Assembly (NCBI GenBank): GCA_000091205.1
Contig: AP006497.2
Strand: one strand, 5' to 3'
Origin: Cyanidioschyzon merolae
Taxonomy: Eukaryota
Length of the DNA stretch: 64,000 bases
The stretch's first letter is position 1; each line of letters starts with the position of its first letter. This document shows, piece by piece, positions 20,717-29,983 of this stretch. Below the pieces are notes generated by a model. That model was not told the DNA's origin. It was given only the letters and a program-made list of their open reading frames with translations, and did not search any database. The position numbers and the translations under genes were made by a program.

Positions 20717-21435
20717 TTGCGGGAAACGAAAGATGTATCGCCGTCGCAGTGCGGATTTTTTGATGCGCTTGCCGCAGATGATTCATATGCTGTATCTGAA
20801 TATCATGCGCAGACCGTTCAGCGACTAGCATTTCGTGCCTTGACCCAAACGAGACAAACCTTGGGAGTTCTAGATGCCAACGTCTTAGACGCGGCGTGTT
20901 GCTCACTCCTGCAACCTGTTCAGCGCACGAGAAAGGCGCTGGATCACACCAGTCGCCTTAGGTCTGTCCTTGACTTGGTATTTATGTCGGGAATTTCAGA
21001 CCCTGTTCGCCTCGTTTCATACCTGCTACTCGTCGAAGAAGAATTCGAAGCACTCCATTCGGGGTCATGTCCAACGAACACAGCGCTCAGTGTCGCCTTT
21101 CTCCTATTCGTGTCGTGCTCTAAAGCATCCTCGCCAGCGGGCAAGGTACTGTTTTTGTCTCCTGCAGATTCCTCATCCTTCGCGGACATCGTGTCTGAGC
21201 AACTCGTTCTCGTGCACGTCAAGCTCTTTGCCTGATGTCTTTTTTCGTGTCTAGCATCGACGATTGACATCAGGTCTTCCCGAATGCACTCACAGCTACA
21301 GCCGGTAGCCAGGTGCAAGAACTTTGCCGCCAATGGAGAAACTCCCGGTACACGGAGGCATCTTGCACGCGGAGTTGTTCCACGGACAAACATGCGCAGT
21401 GAGCAGGTCGCTGATGCACCACGGCGACGCGTTTA

Positions 21436-22605
21436 CTAGTCAGCTGGATCGGTGCGATAGCGTGCGGCTTCCGTGTCGTACCACGGAAAACCGACAATAT
21501 CCCGAACCTGTTCGAAATCCATCAGATGCGGAGCGACTTTCTCGGGATTCCCGGACTGCAACGCTGACAAGGCAGCTTGCATGGCTTTCATGGAAGCCGC
21601 CAGGAGCGTCAGCGGATAAGCAGCGATTCGATAACCCATGCTTTCGAGCGTTTTCGCTGGGAGCATCGGGGTCATCCCATTCTCCAGCATATTCGCCAAC
21701 ATGGGAACACCGGCGAACGTTTTCGTGAAGCGCTCCATATCTGCCACGGAGCGCGGTGCCTCTAAAAAAAGCACGTCGGCGCCAAGCTCCAGAGCCTTGT
21801 CTAGTCGCCAGAGAGCCTCATCGAGTCCGTGGGTGGCTATCGCATCGGTACGCGCGACAATGACGATGTCCTCGAACTCGTTGCGAGCATCGATGGCTGC
21901 CCGCCAGCGCTGCACCGCCTCGCTGCGTTCAACCACGGCTTTGCCGCGCGTGTGTCCACAGCGCTTCGGATTGACTTGATCTTCAATCAGGATACCAGCC
22001 AGACCGGCCAGAGCGAATCCTCTAACGGTACGCTTGACGCTCACCGGGTTTCCGTAACCAGTGTCGCCGTCGCCAATGACTGGATAGCTTGCGGGGAGCA
22101 CTTCCATGATGGAGGCCGCGCGGTCGCGAATCTCACCAAAGGACAGCAAGCCTGTGTCTGGAAGCCCAAAGCTCGCAGCGACCCCGAATCCGGTCATGAA
22201 ACTCAGCGGAAATGCTGCAGAGCAGATCATTTTCGCAGAGAGCCCATCGAAGCAGCAAGGCATAAGATGCAGTTTCGGCGTTTGAAGCAGGAGACGCAAG
22301 CGCTCCACCGCTTCCATTCGTCCCGAACGAGCAGTGCGTTCGAGCTGGCTGGGATGCAAGCTCTCTCCGGCAGCATCTGCAACAGCCACAAGCCGCCCTC
22401 GTCGCCACGAGTGAGACGATCGCTCGAACAGCGCCAGAGCGCTCCTCAGGCCCGCTGAGGGAAGGAGCGTACGCGGGCCCTTTCTGGTGCGCCGCTGACC
22501 CCACAATGAATTGTAGTCTACGACATGTCCCGAGATCGTGAACATGTTTTCTCGTGCAGGTGGTAAACGGCGTTCCAAGCGAGCTAGCCTCTGCAGTGCG
22601 AACAC
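21436..22605 (-). CDS. Isocitrate-lyase/PEP-mutase superfamily enzyme (2-methylisocitrate lyase / carboxyvinyl-carboxyphosphonate phosphorylmutase-like)
   Basis: Signature motifs GDGDTGYGN and EDQVNPKRCGH(T), plus …IVARTDA… and collinearity with PrpB/CPPM proteins (LHLMPCCFDGLSAKM… to …AAYPLTLLAASMKAM). Arg-rich N-terminal extension (MFALQRLARLERRL…) suggests an organellar presequence. Confidence 0.8.
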   Translation of the reverse strand: MFALQRLARLERRLPPARENMFTISGHVVDYNSLWGQRRTRKGPRTLLPSAGLRSALALFERSSHSWRRGRLVAVADAAGESLHPSQLERTARSGRMEAVERLRLLLQTPKLHLMPCCFDGLSAKMICSAAFPLSFMTGFGVAASFGLPDTGLLSFGEIRDRAASIMEVLPASYPVIGDGDTGYGNPVSVKRTVRGFALAGLAGILIEDQVNPKRCGHTRGKAVVERSEAVQRWRAAIDARNEFEDIVIVARTDAIATHGLDEALWRLDKALELGADVLFLEAPRSVADMERFTKTFAGVPMLANMLENGMTPMLPAKTLESMGYRIAAYPLTLLAASMKAMQAALSALQSGNPEKVAPHLMDFEQVRDIVGFPWYDTEAARYRTDPAD

Positions 22606-22717
22606 GCCTGAGGAGGGCGCATCGACACTGTGCCCGTTCAGACGAGCGCATCTGCCGCATGCCTCGTCAGCGTGGTGCTCTAGGGTGGTTTACGATCATC
22701 ACGCTTTCAGCGTTCCG

Positions 22718-23383
22718 ATGATAACACTCCACTATTTGAACCAGTCGAGGGCGCTGAGAGTTTGGTGGCTACTAGAAGAACTTGAGGTTCCGTACGACGT
22801 CAAACGTTATCAACGCGATGAGACGACTATGCTTGCGCCCGCAGAGTTGAAGCGGGTTCACCCGCTTGGCAAGTCACCGGTCATAGAAGACGACGGGCAG
22901 GTGATCGCAGAGTCCGGTGCTATCATAGAGTACTTGACGGGAAAGTACGATAAGAAAGGTCTGGTTCCGCCGGCCGGAACACCTGAGCGGCTGAGGTACA
23001 CTTTCTGGTTACACTACGCAGAGGGGTCACTGATGCCGCCGCTGTTGCTCAAGCTGGTTTTTAACCGGCTGGCTACTGGCCCTTCACCGTGGATAGTGCG
23101 TCCTCTATTGCGCGTTATCTCGAGGCGTGTGCAGGAGAGCTTTGTGGACCCCCAGGTGCAACTGCACCTGGGTTACGTAGAACAGGAGCTTACCCGCTAT
23201 CGTTGGTTTGCAGGTGACCAGTTCACTGCTGCGGATATACAGATGGGCTTTCCTTTACTGGTGGCAAAGTCACAGAAAGCACTGGACGATCGCTATCCGC
23301 ATATTATGGATTTTCTAAAACGTATGCGGGAGCGTCCTGCATACCAAAGGGCGCTTGAAAAGAGCGGTGGCGATGAAATTTGA
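22718..23383 (+). CDS. Glutathione S-transferase (thioredoxin-fold N-domain + α-helical C-domain)
   Basis: MITLHYLNQSRALRVWWLLEELEVPYDVKRY…HPLGKSPVIEDDGQVIAESGAIIEYL… is a GST N-terminal domain with the cis-Pro/ESxAI motif, followed by a GST C-domain. The ATG at 22718 is chosen because the longer ORF start (22538) would overlap the divergent upstream gene. Confidence 0.8.
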   Translation: MITLHYLNQSRALRVWWLLEELEVPYDVKRYQRDETTMLAPAELKRVHPLGKSPVIEDDGQVIAESGAIIEYLTGKYDKKGLVPPAGTPERLRYTFWLHYAEGSLMPPLLLKLVFNRLATGPSPWIVRPLLRVISRRVQESFVDPQVQLHLGYVEQELTRYRWFAGDQFTAADIQMGFPLLVAKSQKALDDRYPHIMDFLKRMRERPAYQRALEKSGGDEI

Positions 23384-24282
23384 AACGGGTAGGTAAGAAA
23401 GTACAGAATGCCCAAGTCCCGAGGTCTCGGCATATCCAGGCTAACGAGGACGCATCCATGCATACACGATGGCATGGAAGTACCTGCATAAGATGCTCGG
23501 CTTTCGAGTGTCTGGGAGTAAGTCGCTTTTTGAGGCGCGCGTGCATAGACTAGCTTGTACGTGTTTTCGAGTTCAGCCTTGGAAATCAATGCTTTCGACT
23601 GCGATTGCGCTTCTTTCTGGGCAAGTACATCATAGTCGAGTGGCTCTTGCATGATGGCGCTGTTGCATCGTTGCGAGGCTGGGTTTCTGCACCATCAAGT
23701 AGGTGTTTTCGCTTTTCAGCATGAATCTTCACCAACGGTGGTAAATGGGAAAAGCGAGCCAGCCTCTTGGCATAAGATCATTGAACAAAGACTGACGGGC
23801 GCGAGCGCCTCAGCTCAAAGGCACTCCATGAGCCTATCTTGGATGGAATTTGATTTCAGGTCTCTGTTTATGGTATGAGATAGTTGGACGGAGCGCTCAC
23901 CGGCATTAGTAGGTCGCACATGTCATTCACTCTACCTCCCGCATTCTTGCTCGGGAGCTATTCACGTTTTCGGGTTCACCAGAAGCGGCTTTCCGTGCGT
24001 CCAGAACCCAGCACCACGTTTGGCGATGCAGCTCTGGAGAGTGGAACTTCATCAGGATAGCCATGGGCAACTTTGGGAAGTTCCCTCCGCAACTTCGCTG
24101 GCATCGCAGTGCTTGGGTCTACCAGAGTGCGCGCTCGACTGGACGACACCAAGTACCGTTCTGCTCAGATGCAGAGCGTGCTTGCGAGAGCGTCACAGCA
24201 CTGCAGAGCATCCTGAGCAGAGCAGGTGCTACTGCAGCTCATCCGAAAACATCAGGGGACCTCGATTGCCACCGAGGGCTGA

Positions 24283-25983
24283 TCAGTCACGCTTTTCTCC
24301 TGATAAAGAATTCCAGATTAAAGAAAAATTGCGCACAAAGGCCTCCTGTGCCATACCACCGCCGTCACTGGAGTAGAGACTCTCGCGTGAGAGCGCCTCA
24401 TCCACGCTGGTTCCCTGTGTGATCCGCCAGCAGGCAATCATTGTGCCAGTACGTCCTATACCTGCTTTGCAGGATACATACAACGGCCAGTTGCTGGGTT
24501 CATTTACAAGTTGCACAAACTGCATAACTTGTTCCAACGTTGGCGCGCTGAAATCTTCAATATGGAAGCGTATCATGCGAACATCACCCCACGCCTCCTC
24601 GTGTGGCGCATTCCACTGGTTGCCTCGGTCGGTGCCACGCAAGTCGATGGTCACACGAACCCCGTAATCTCGAAGCCACTGGATACCTGCCGAGGTCGGT
24701 TGGCCGCCTCTCAATAAGCGGCGCGGAAGAACAACTTCGAAATTCGGAATGTCCGACGGACGCGGTCGCAGCAGCATCGACTCACCGTGCAGCGCTGGAG
24801 CCCGCTCCGGAATGAGCGTCGCGTAAGCCATGTCCTCCTCGAGCGCCTCCTGCAGCATGTCCAATGAATGCCGCACTGTAGATGGGGTCGGCAAACCGCT
24901 CGAGCGTTCTAGTTCTCCAAGATAATGCGCGAATGAACGAGCTGCCTGGAGCAGCCGAGACCTTCCCCGAACTCGATAGGTACCCAAATGCAACTGCGTG
25001 GCCGCGTCACGCAGCTCACACAAGTACCTCTTTGCGTTTTCATCTTGCTGGACCCAGTCCCACGATGCGCAGCTTAACTGGACCTCGTGCTGCAAAATTC
25101 GTAGCGAGAGCAACTCTAGCATGAGAAAGTTGTCCTGGACCAATAGTTGCAATGCGAAGAGCACAGTCTGATCCTGCTCCCTGAGGCGTGGTTGCACGTC
25201 ACCAGGTTCGGCGCCGGGGGATCCCCCAAGGGCGAGGCTCTCAAATCTATTGTCCATGAGGCAAGAACGCAGCTGCTCGACAAGCATCTGGAGCACTCTC
25301 GGCGGATTGTTCGGCTCAAGCAAGCACCGCAGTTGCCATAGCTTCTCCCTCATAGCCGACTTTGTTTGCGGAATACCGGCGCGAAAGCCAGGATTTTTGG
25401 AATACTCCTGCAAAAGCTGTGCGTCTCGCTTGAGCGCTTCGAGCAGAGGTTCCAACTGCTCAAGGACCTCGTCTCCCACGGGAACTCTGCACTCGTTACG
25501 AAGCCGACTAACCAAGTCCTCCGTCAAGAGTCGTAACAGCTGAACCTTGGCCTGCAAGACCTTAGCAGCAAGCTCTTCTTCTTTATCGGAACTATGATGT
25601 TTCGCCCGAAGCAGCTCGCCTGCAACGTGCTCCAGCTCCTGGCGCAGCGGCAGTAGTTGTGACGTGGGCGCTACCAGCCAGCGTGCCTCAGCTTCCTGGG
25701 CCATATAGACCCTGGCTCGCGGGAGCGGGCGCGAATCCCGAAAGCGGCTCCCTTGTACTGCTCTTCGCTGCCGTTTTCTCACAACATACGAGTCAGGTGC
25801 CGGTTCCGGGCAACACTCAGTTGAAACAGGCAACTTCTGCAGTGCAGTGCGTGCCGATGGTGCCTCCACGAGCTCGGGCCCGAAGCAGGAAGCCGCTCGA
25901 GCAACTCCACGTAACGAGCTTACTGGTTTCCAAGCAAAAACAGGCACAGCGAACATGCAGCAGACGGTGGCCCGATTCAGCAC
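24283..25983 (-). CDS. Protein tyrosine/dual-specificity phosphatase-like protein (CX5R catalytic loop) with a long N-terminal coiled-coil region
   Basis: C-terminal approximately 170 aa, NFEVVLPRRLLRGGQP…VRVTIDLRG…HIEDFSAPTLEQVMQFVQLV…PLYVSCKAGIGRTGTMIACWRI. The CKAGIGRTG motif is a P-loop of the PTP superfamily (Y_phosphatase2/3-like fold). The N-terminal approximately 390 aa are helical and Leu/Gln/Glu-rich. Confidence 0.65.
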   Translation of the reverse strand: MLNRATVCCMFAVPVFAWKPVSSLRGVARAASCFGPELVEAPSARTALQKLPVSTECCPEPAPDSYVVRKRQRRAVQGSRFRDSRPLPRARVYMAQEAEARWLVAPTSQLLPLRQELEHVAGELLRAKHHSSDKEEELAAKVLQAKVQLLRLLTEDLVSRLRNECRVPVGDEVLEQLEPLLEALKRDAQLLQEYSKNPGFRAGIPQTKSAMREKLWQLRCLLEPNNPPRVLQMLVEQLRSCLMDNRFESLALGGSPGAEPGDVQPRLREQDQTVLFALQLLVQDNFLMLELLSLRILQHEVQLSCASWDWVQQDENAKRYLCELRDAATQLHLGTYRVRGRSRLLQAARSFAHYLGELERSSGLPTPSTVRHSLDMLQEALEEDMAYATLIPERAPALHGESMLLRPRPSDIPNFEVVLPRRLLRGGQPTSAGIQWLRDYGVRVTIDLRGTDRGNQWNAPHEEAWGDVRMIRFHIEDFSAPTLEQVMQFVQLVNEPSNWPLYVSCKAGIGRTGTMIACWRITQGTSVDEALSRESLYSSDGGGMAQEAFVRNFSLIWNSLSGEKRD

Positions 25984-26119
25984 GTGATTTATGCTACACA
26001 GGTTTCACTTGCGGTTGGTTGTTTCCACGGACGCGGCAGAGTAGATTTACGAGATTGCTTCAATTGTTCGCGAGTCGCCATCTGTCGCTACGCGATTCAC
26101 CGGCAGCATCGCGGAAAGT

Positions 26120-26460
26120 GTCCATATATGCTTGCAAGGAGGAACGCACACGCCGACATCGCGGATCGATGCTTTTGACGCCGTATCGATCGCGATGGTG
26201 ATGCGTCTTTCTGTGTGGAACATGTCCATATATGCTTGCAAGGAGGAACGTACACGCCGACATCGCGGATCGATGCTTTTGACGCCGTATCGATCGCGAT
26301 GGTGATGCGTCTTTCTGTGTGGAACATGTCCATATATGCTTGCAAGGAGGAACGTACACCCCGACATCGCGGATCGATGCTTTTGACGCCGTATCGATCG
26401 CGATGGTGATGCGTCTTTCTGTGTGGAACATGTCTTTGTATGCTTACAAGGAGTAGTGCA
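26120..26460. repeat. 104-bp minisatellite, about 3.3 copies, upstream of the phosphatase gene
   Basis: gtccatatatgcttgcaaggaggaacg(c/t)acacgccgacatcgcggatcgatgcttttgacgccgtatcgatcgcgatggtgatgcgtctttctgtgtggaacat occurs at 26120, 26224 and 26328, with a diverged partial copy at 26432. Confidence 0.9.
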
Positions 26461-27436
26461 GACCCAGGCATTTTAAAGAAATCCAGTGAGCATTCGACAA
26501 AAGACTCACATTCATAATAGCTCGATTCGTGTCTTGCGCTCCTTTCGATGAAATTGAACCTCTTCGCAAGATCGCCGTCTCTTTTCGAGAATGATTTTGA
26601 GTCGACCACCCCGGAGCTTTTCGATTAAAGCCTATTGCTACCCTGGTGCGCCTATTTACTGCATCGATTGCACAGGCATCCGAATAATCTCTAGCTCCGG
26701 AGAAGCGCACAGACTCGTGGACTCTGTAGAGACGACACCGCCTATGCAAGACTTGACCATATTTCAGATTATCTGACGTGCATCGCAGCAGCTCGAATAG
26801 CCGTGATTCAGCGACGTTGCAAATTCATGGCTCCCGTGGTATCACGAGGTGGGTTCCAGGACACACGTGCGCCCAAAAATGTTTACAACTCTCGTCAGCT
26901 GCTAGCCGCACTATTGCAGACAACTTGCCAGGGGCATCGCCCTCTCGCGGAATCAATCAGCCAACAGTCGTCCGCGTTCGCTGGATTATACTCTGGTAGG
27001 TCAAGGCGATTCGGTTTGTTTCGACTGGAATTGAACGCAATCCATATAAGTTCCCCATCGGATTTCCTGGGATTTGCACGCTGAAGAAAACATAGCGTGC
27101 GAAGCATCCGTCGATCATTAGCGTCATGGCGGCAAACTGTATCGCCCATGTCAAATCTGGCGCAAGGCGCGCTTCGTCTTGCTGCTCATGTTGCTACAGT
27201 CGCAAGTAGACACATCCCAGAACTTAAACCATATGAGCGAACGAGGTATACGTTCCTGGTTACCGCACAGCAGCACTGGTACAAGATCGCTTGTCATCTG
27301 CAAAAAGCGCTGGCTGGCGCGCCGGAGTCCTCTCTGCGCCTGGCCAGGGCGACGACACGACACGTTGCCCAGAGACTGCACAGCATAACAACGCAATAAC
27401 GCATTTTGAGGATTGATGTTGCACCTTGTAACAATC

Positions 27437-29629
27437 TCACGGCTCGTCTCGTGCTCGAAACTGACGAAACGCATCCAGTTCCCTGCAGCACAGTAGGAGC
27501 GCATGATCAGTCGAGCGTCCATCTTCCGTTATCGAGTCAAGGCATTGTCCACGACGCCGGCTCGAACGGGTTTCAGAATTCGTCGGAGAATCCATCGCAA
27601 ACGTGGTCGAGTCTTGCCGAACAGGTATGGAGGCAGCGGTGTAGGCCAAGAAACTCCGCTCGCCTAAAATAGCAAGGGCGCGGCGTTTGTCTGTCTCACG
27701 AAAGCGAACGATACCACGAACCTGATCGATGGTCGGAGTGCATTCCGCCAAACCTAGCAGTGACTGGTCAAGCTGGACGCTCTTTTCGGCAAATGCTCCA
27801 AACTGCTTTCGTTCAAGCATGCGGGTCAACACTTGTTCGACATCGATGCCCTCCACGATGTTTCGCTGTTCTCCGTCTTGATTTGCTGGTGCGTCCTTTG
27901 TGGACAGAGCCCCGCAACAAGCGTCAATTCTCGGTATAGGTGGCGAAACAAGACACCTCAAATCCTCTATATGGAGAGCATCACAGTGCTGTGCGAGTGC
28001 GTGTAGGTTGTGTTCCGCTATAGCCTGGTAGAAATGGTGACCACGCTGATGGGGCCGCAGATACTCGTTCGCCACGTAGCAATAGTCTTCGAGCCATTGT
28101 GGCACTTGTTGCGAAGAGCGTAAGACGTCGTCCGGATTTCCTGCTCTCACAAGGGGCCACCGAATCGTCCGGCCTGCAAGTAGATGATCGAGCAGAGCGA
28201 ACGGAGCGCGATATAGGTAGGCGTCGTACGCGCGCTCTACCCGCATATGTGAGACCCAAAGCGAGGCAGTAGCACTACGAAAAGCACATTTTTGAAGATA
28301 CCTCAAGAGTCTATGGCGCAGCGCATCAGCAGGGCTGAGAACACACGAGCAAAATGCCCTTCGAAATACGCTCGCAAATAGAATCTCGACTGCTTCAGCG
28401 TCCGTGATCCGATGAAAACGCGCTCCGAAAGGCGCACCATTCCTGCCGCGTAAAGTTCCTGCCTCCGGTTCAGAGCTGGCAAGCGATGACAACACCCTGG
28501 ACGCCGCTGGGGCCCGTGCAATCGCAGTGACCGCAGACGGCCCCGGTTTTTCAACCCAAACCTGACTGCCGGTTCCGTCGTGTGCCCTGCATCCGTTCGC
28601 AGTTTCCTGTAGGCGCAGCAGAAAAGCATCGAGACCGAAGACCACTGCGACGTACTGAAGTGCCGCACGGCTGTACTGGGCCCTGGCTTCTGCGATACGT
28701 CCCTGGCAAAGGCTCTGGGCCAAAACGAAACCGATATCCTCCCAGGTTTCCAGCGTGAGCCCCTGGACACCTAGGTAACGACCAATACAGCGTGGAGAAC
28801 TGAGCGGTGCTCCTGTGGCAACGAGTTCACTAAGCGCCGTCGACAGCTTCGACACCTCTTCGTGACGCCCCTTAGCAAGCTCGCTCTCCGCGAGTTGGGT
28901 GAACGACTCGCTTCTCGGTACCGATGCCGGAAACGAGAAATCATTCCGCTCCTGCAGCTTCTCCCATAGATTTAGGAATAGTAGTGCTCTGATAATTCGT
29001 ATCCGGTATGGATCCGCAATAACCTTCCAGAGCGCGTGTACGTGGGAGATCTCACCAGATTTCGGGTAAGGTTCAAGCATCGACAACGCAGAACTCCATC
29101 TCTGTTCCCTGTTCGTGGAGCGTGGTCTGTTTTGCCTGCAGAATACATGCCGTCGAAAGGCCAGAACATCATCCATCACATCCAATGACTGTTGCCAGCA
29201 TCCATTTTCCGCGTACCGCTCGACAAGGTACAGTTTGAGCACCTGAGTTACAAGTGTCACATCAGAAGAAAACCTCGTGTCCAAGGTTTGCTCTAGTTCA
29301 TGAACAAGCTGTTCAAGGGATGATGCGGAAAACGCACCGGTGGTGTTTATTCCGTCAAAGGTCGCATCAGAGCCGCACAGAACGCCAAGCCAGCCTGCTG
29401 GAGGCAGCTCCTGCAGCAGCCGTTCCGCAAAGTGGCCAGCAATGCCACCTGCACAGCTTTGATTAGGTTCCGCCACTTCCAGAGCCTTTCTCAGTAGGTT
29501 TATCAGCGGTTTCCATAGGGTATCCAAATAATCAACTTCGGTACTCTCTTCTCCATTTCGGAAGCGCCTAAGAAGTGAAGAAAGCTCATCAAGGTTGCGC
29601 GACACAGATAGTTCAGGCTCCACGTCCAT
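27437..29629 (-). CDS. Hypothetical α-helical protein (730 aa), no family recognised
   Basis: 2.2-kb ORF with no competing gene on the opposite strand. Protein-like composition; predicted all-α (possible HEAT/TPR-like solenoid). Confidence 0.5.
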   Translation of the reverse strand: MDVEPELSVSRNLDELSSLLRRFRNGEESTEVDYLDTLWKPLINLLRKALEVAEPNQSCAGGIAGHFAERLLQELPPAGWLGVLCGSDATFDGINTTGAFSASSLEQLVHELEQTLDTRFSSDVTLVTQVLKLYLVERYAENGCWQQSLDVMDDVLAFRRHVFCRQNRPRSTNREQRWSSALSMLEPYPKSGEISHVHALWKVIADPYRIRIIRALLFLNLWEKLQERNDFSFPASVPRSESFTQLAESELAKGRHEEVSKLSTALSELVATGAPLSSPRCIGRYLGVQGLTLETWEDIGFVLAQSLCQGRIAEARAQYSRAALQYVAVVFGLDAFLLRLQETANGCRAHDGTGSQVWVEKPGPSAVTAIARAPAASRVLSSLASSEPEAGTLRGRNGAPFGARFHRITDAEAVEILFASVFRRAFCSCVLSPADALRHRLLRYLQKCAFRSATASLWVSHMRVERAYDAYLYRAPFALLDHLLAGRTIRWPLVRAGNPDDVLRSSQQVPQWLEDYCYVANEYLRPHQRGHHFYQAIAEHNLHALAQHCDALHIEDLRCLVSPPIPRIDACCGALSTKDAPANQDGEQRNIVEGIDVEQVLTRMLERKQFGAFAEKSVQLDQSLLGLAECTPTIDQVRGIVRFRETDKRRALAILGERSFLAYTAASIPVRQDSTTFAMDSPTNSETRSSRRRGQCLDSITEDGRSTDHALLLCCRELDAFRQFRARDEP

Positions 29630-29983
29630 ATTCTATTTCAAAACAAACAGAAGTTCACACCCGTACAGATGGGCGTTCACTAGCAATACTCCGCCTGCTA
29701 TTCCTGTCGGACGCCAGGCCCCGAAACAAGGATGAGTCCTTGGGATTCTTCGGCAGCTTTTCCGAAGCTGCCACCAGCCTCTGGGACCCTGAGACGCGTG
29801 CCGGGTTGGCACTCACTCCACCACGGTTCGCTGCCTCTATTGCCTGCTTGTCGAAAGCCTGCCTGGGGATACGGCAAAAGCTGCTACACAACTCTAGAGC
29901 CTGCGTTGTCTTCGGCCCACTGGGTCAGTCGCTGCAGAACATTGCAAAGCAGCTGAAAGCGGACGCAGTGCACCCAGGAAGCT

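Noticed and set aside
26047-26609. Three overlapping minus-strand ORFs of 106–170 aa with repeated peptide blocks
   Set aside because: They lie entirely within the 104-bp minisatellite. The repeated peptide segments mirror the DNA repeat.
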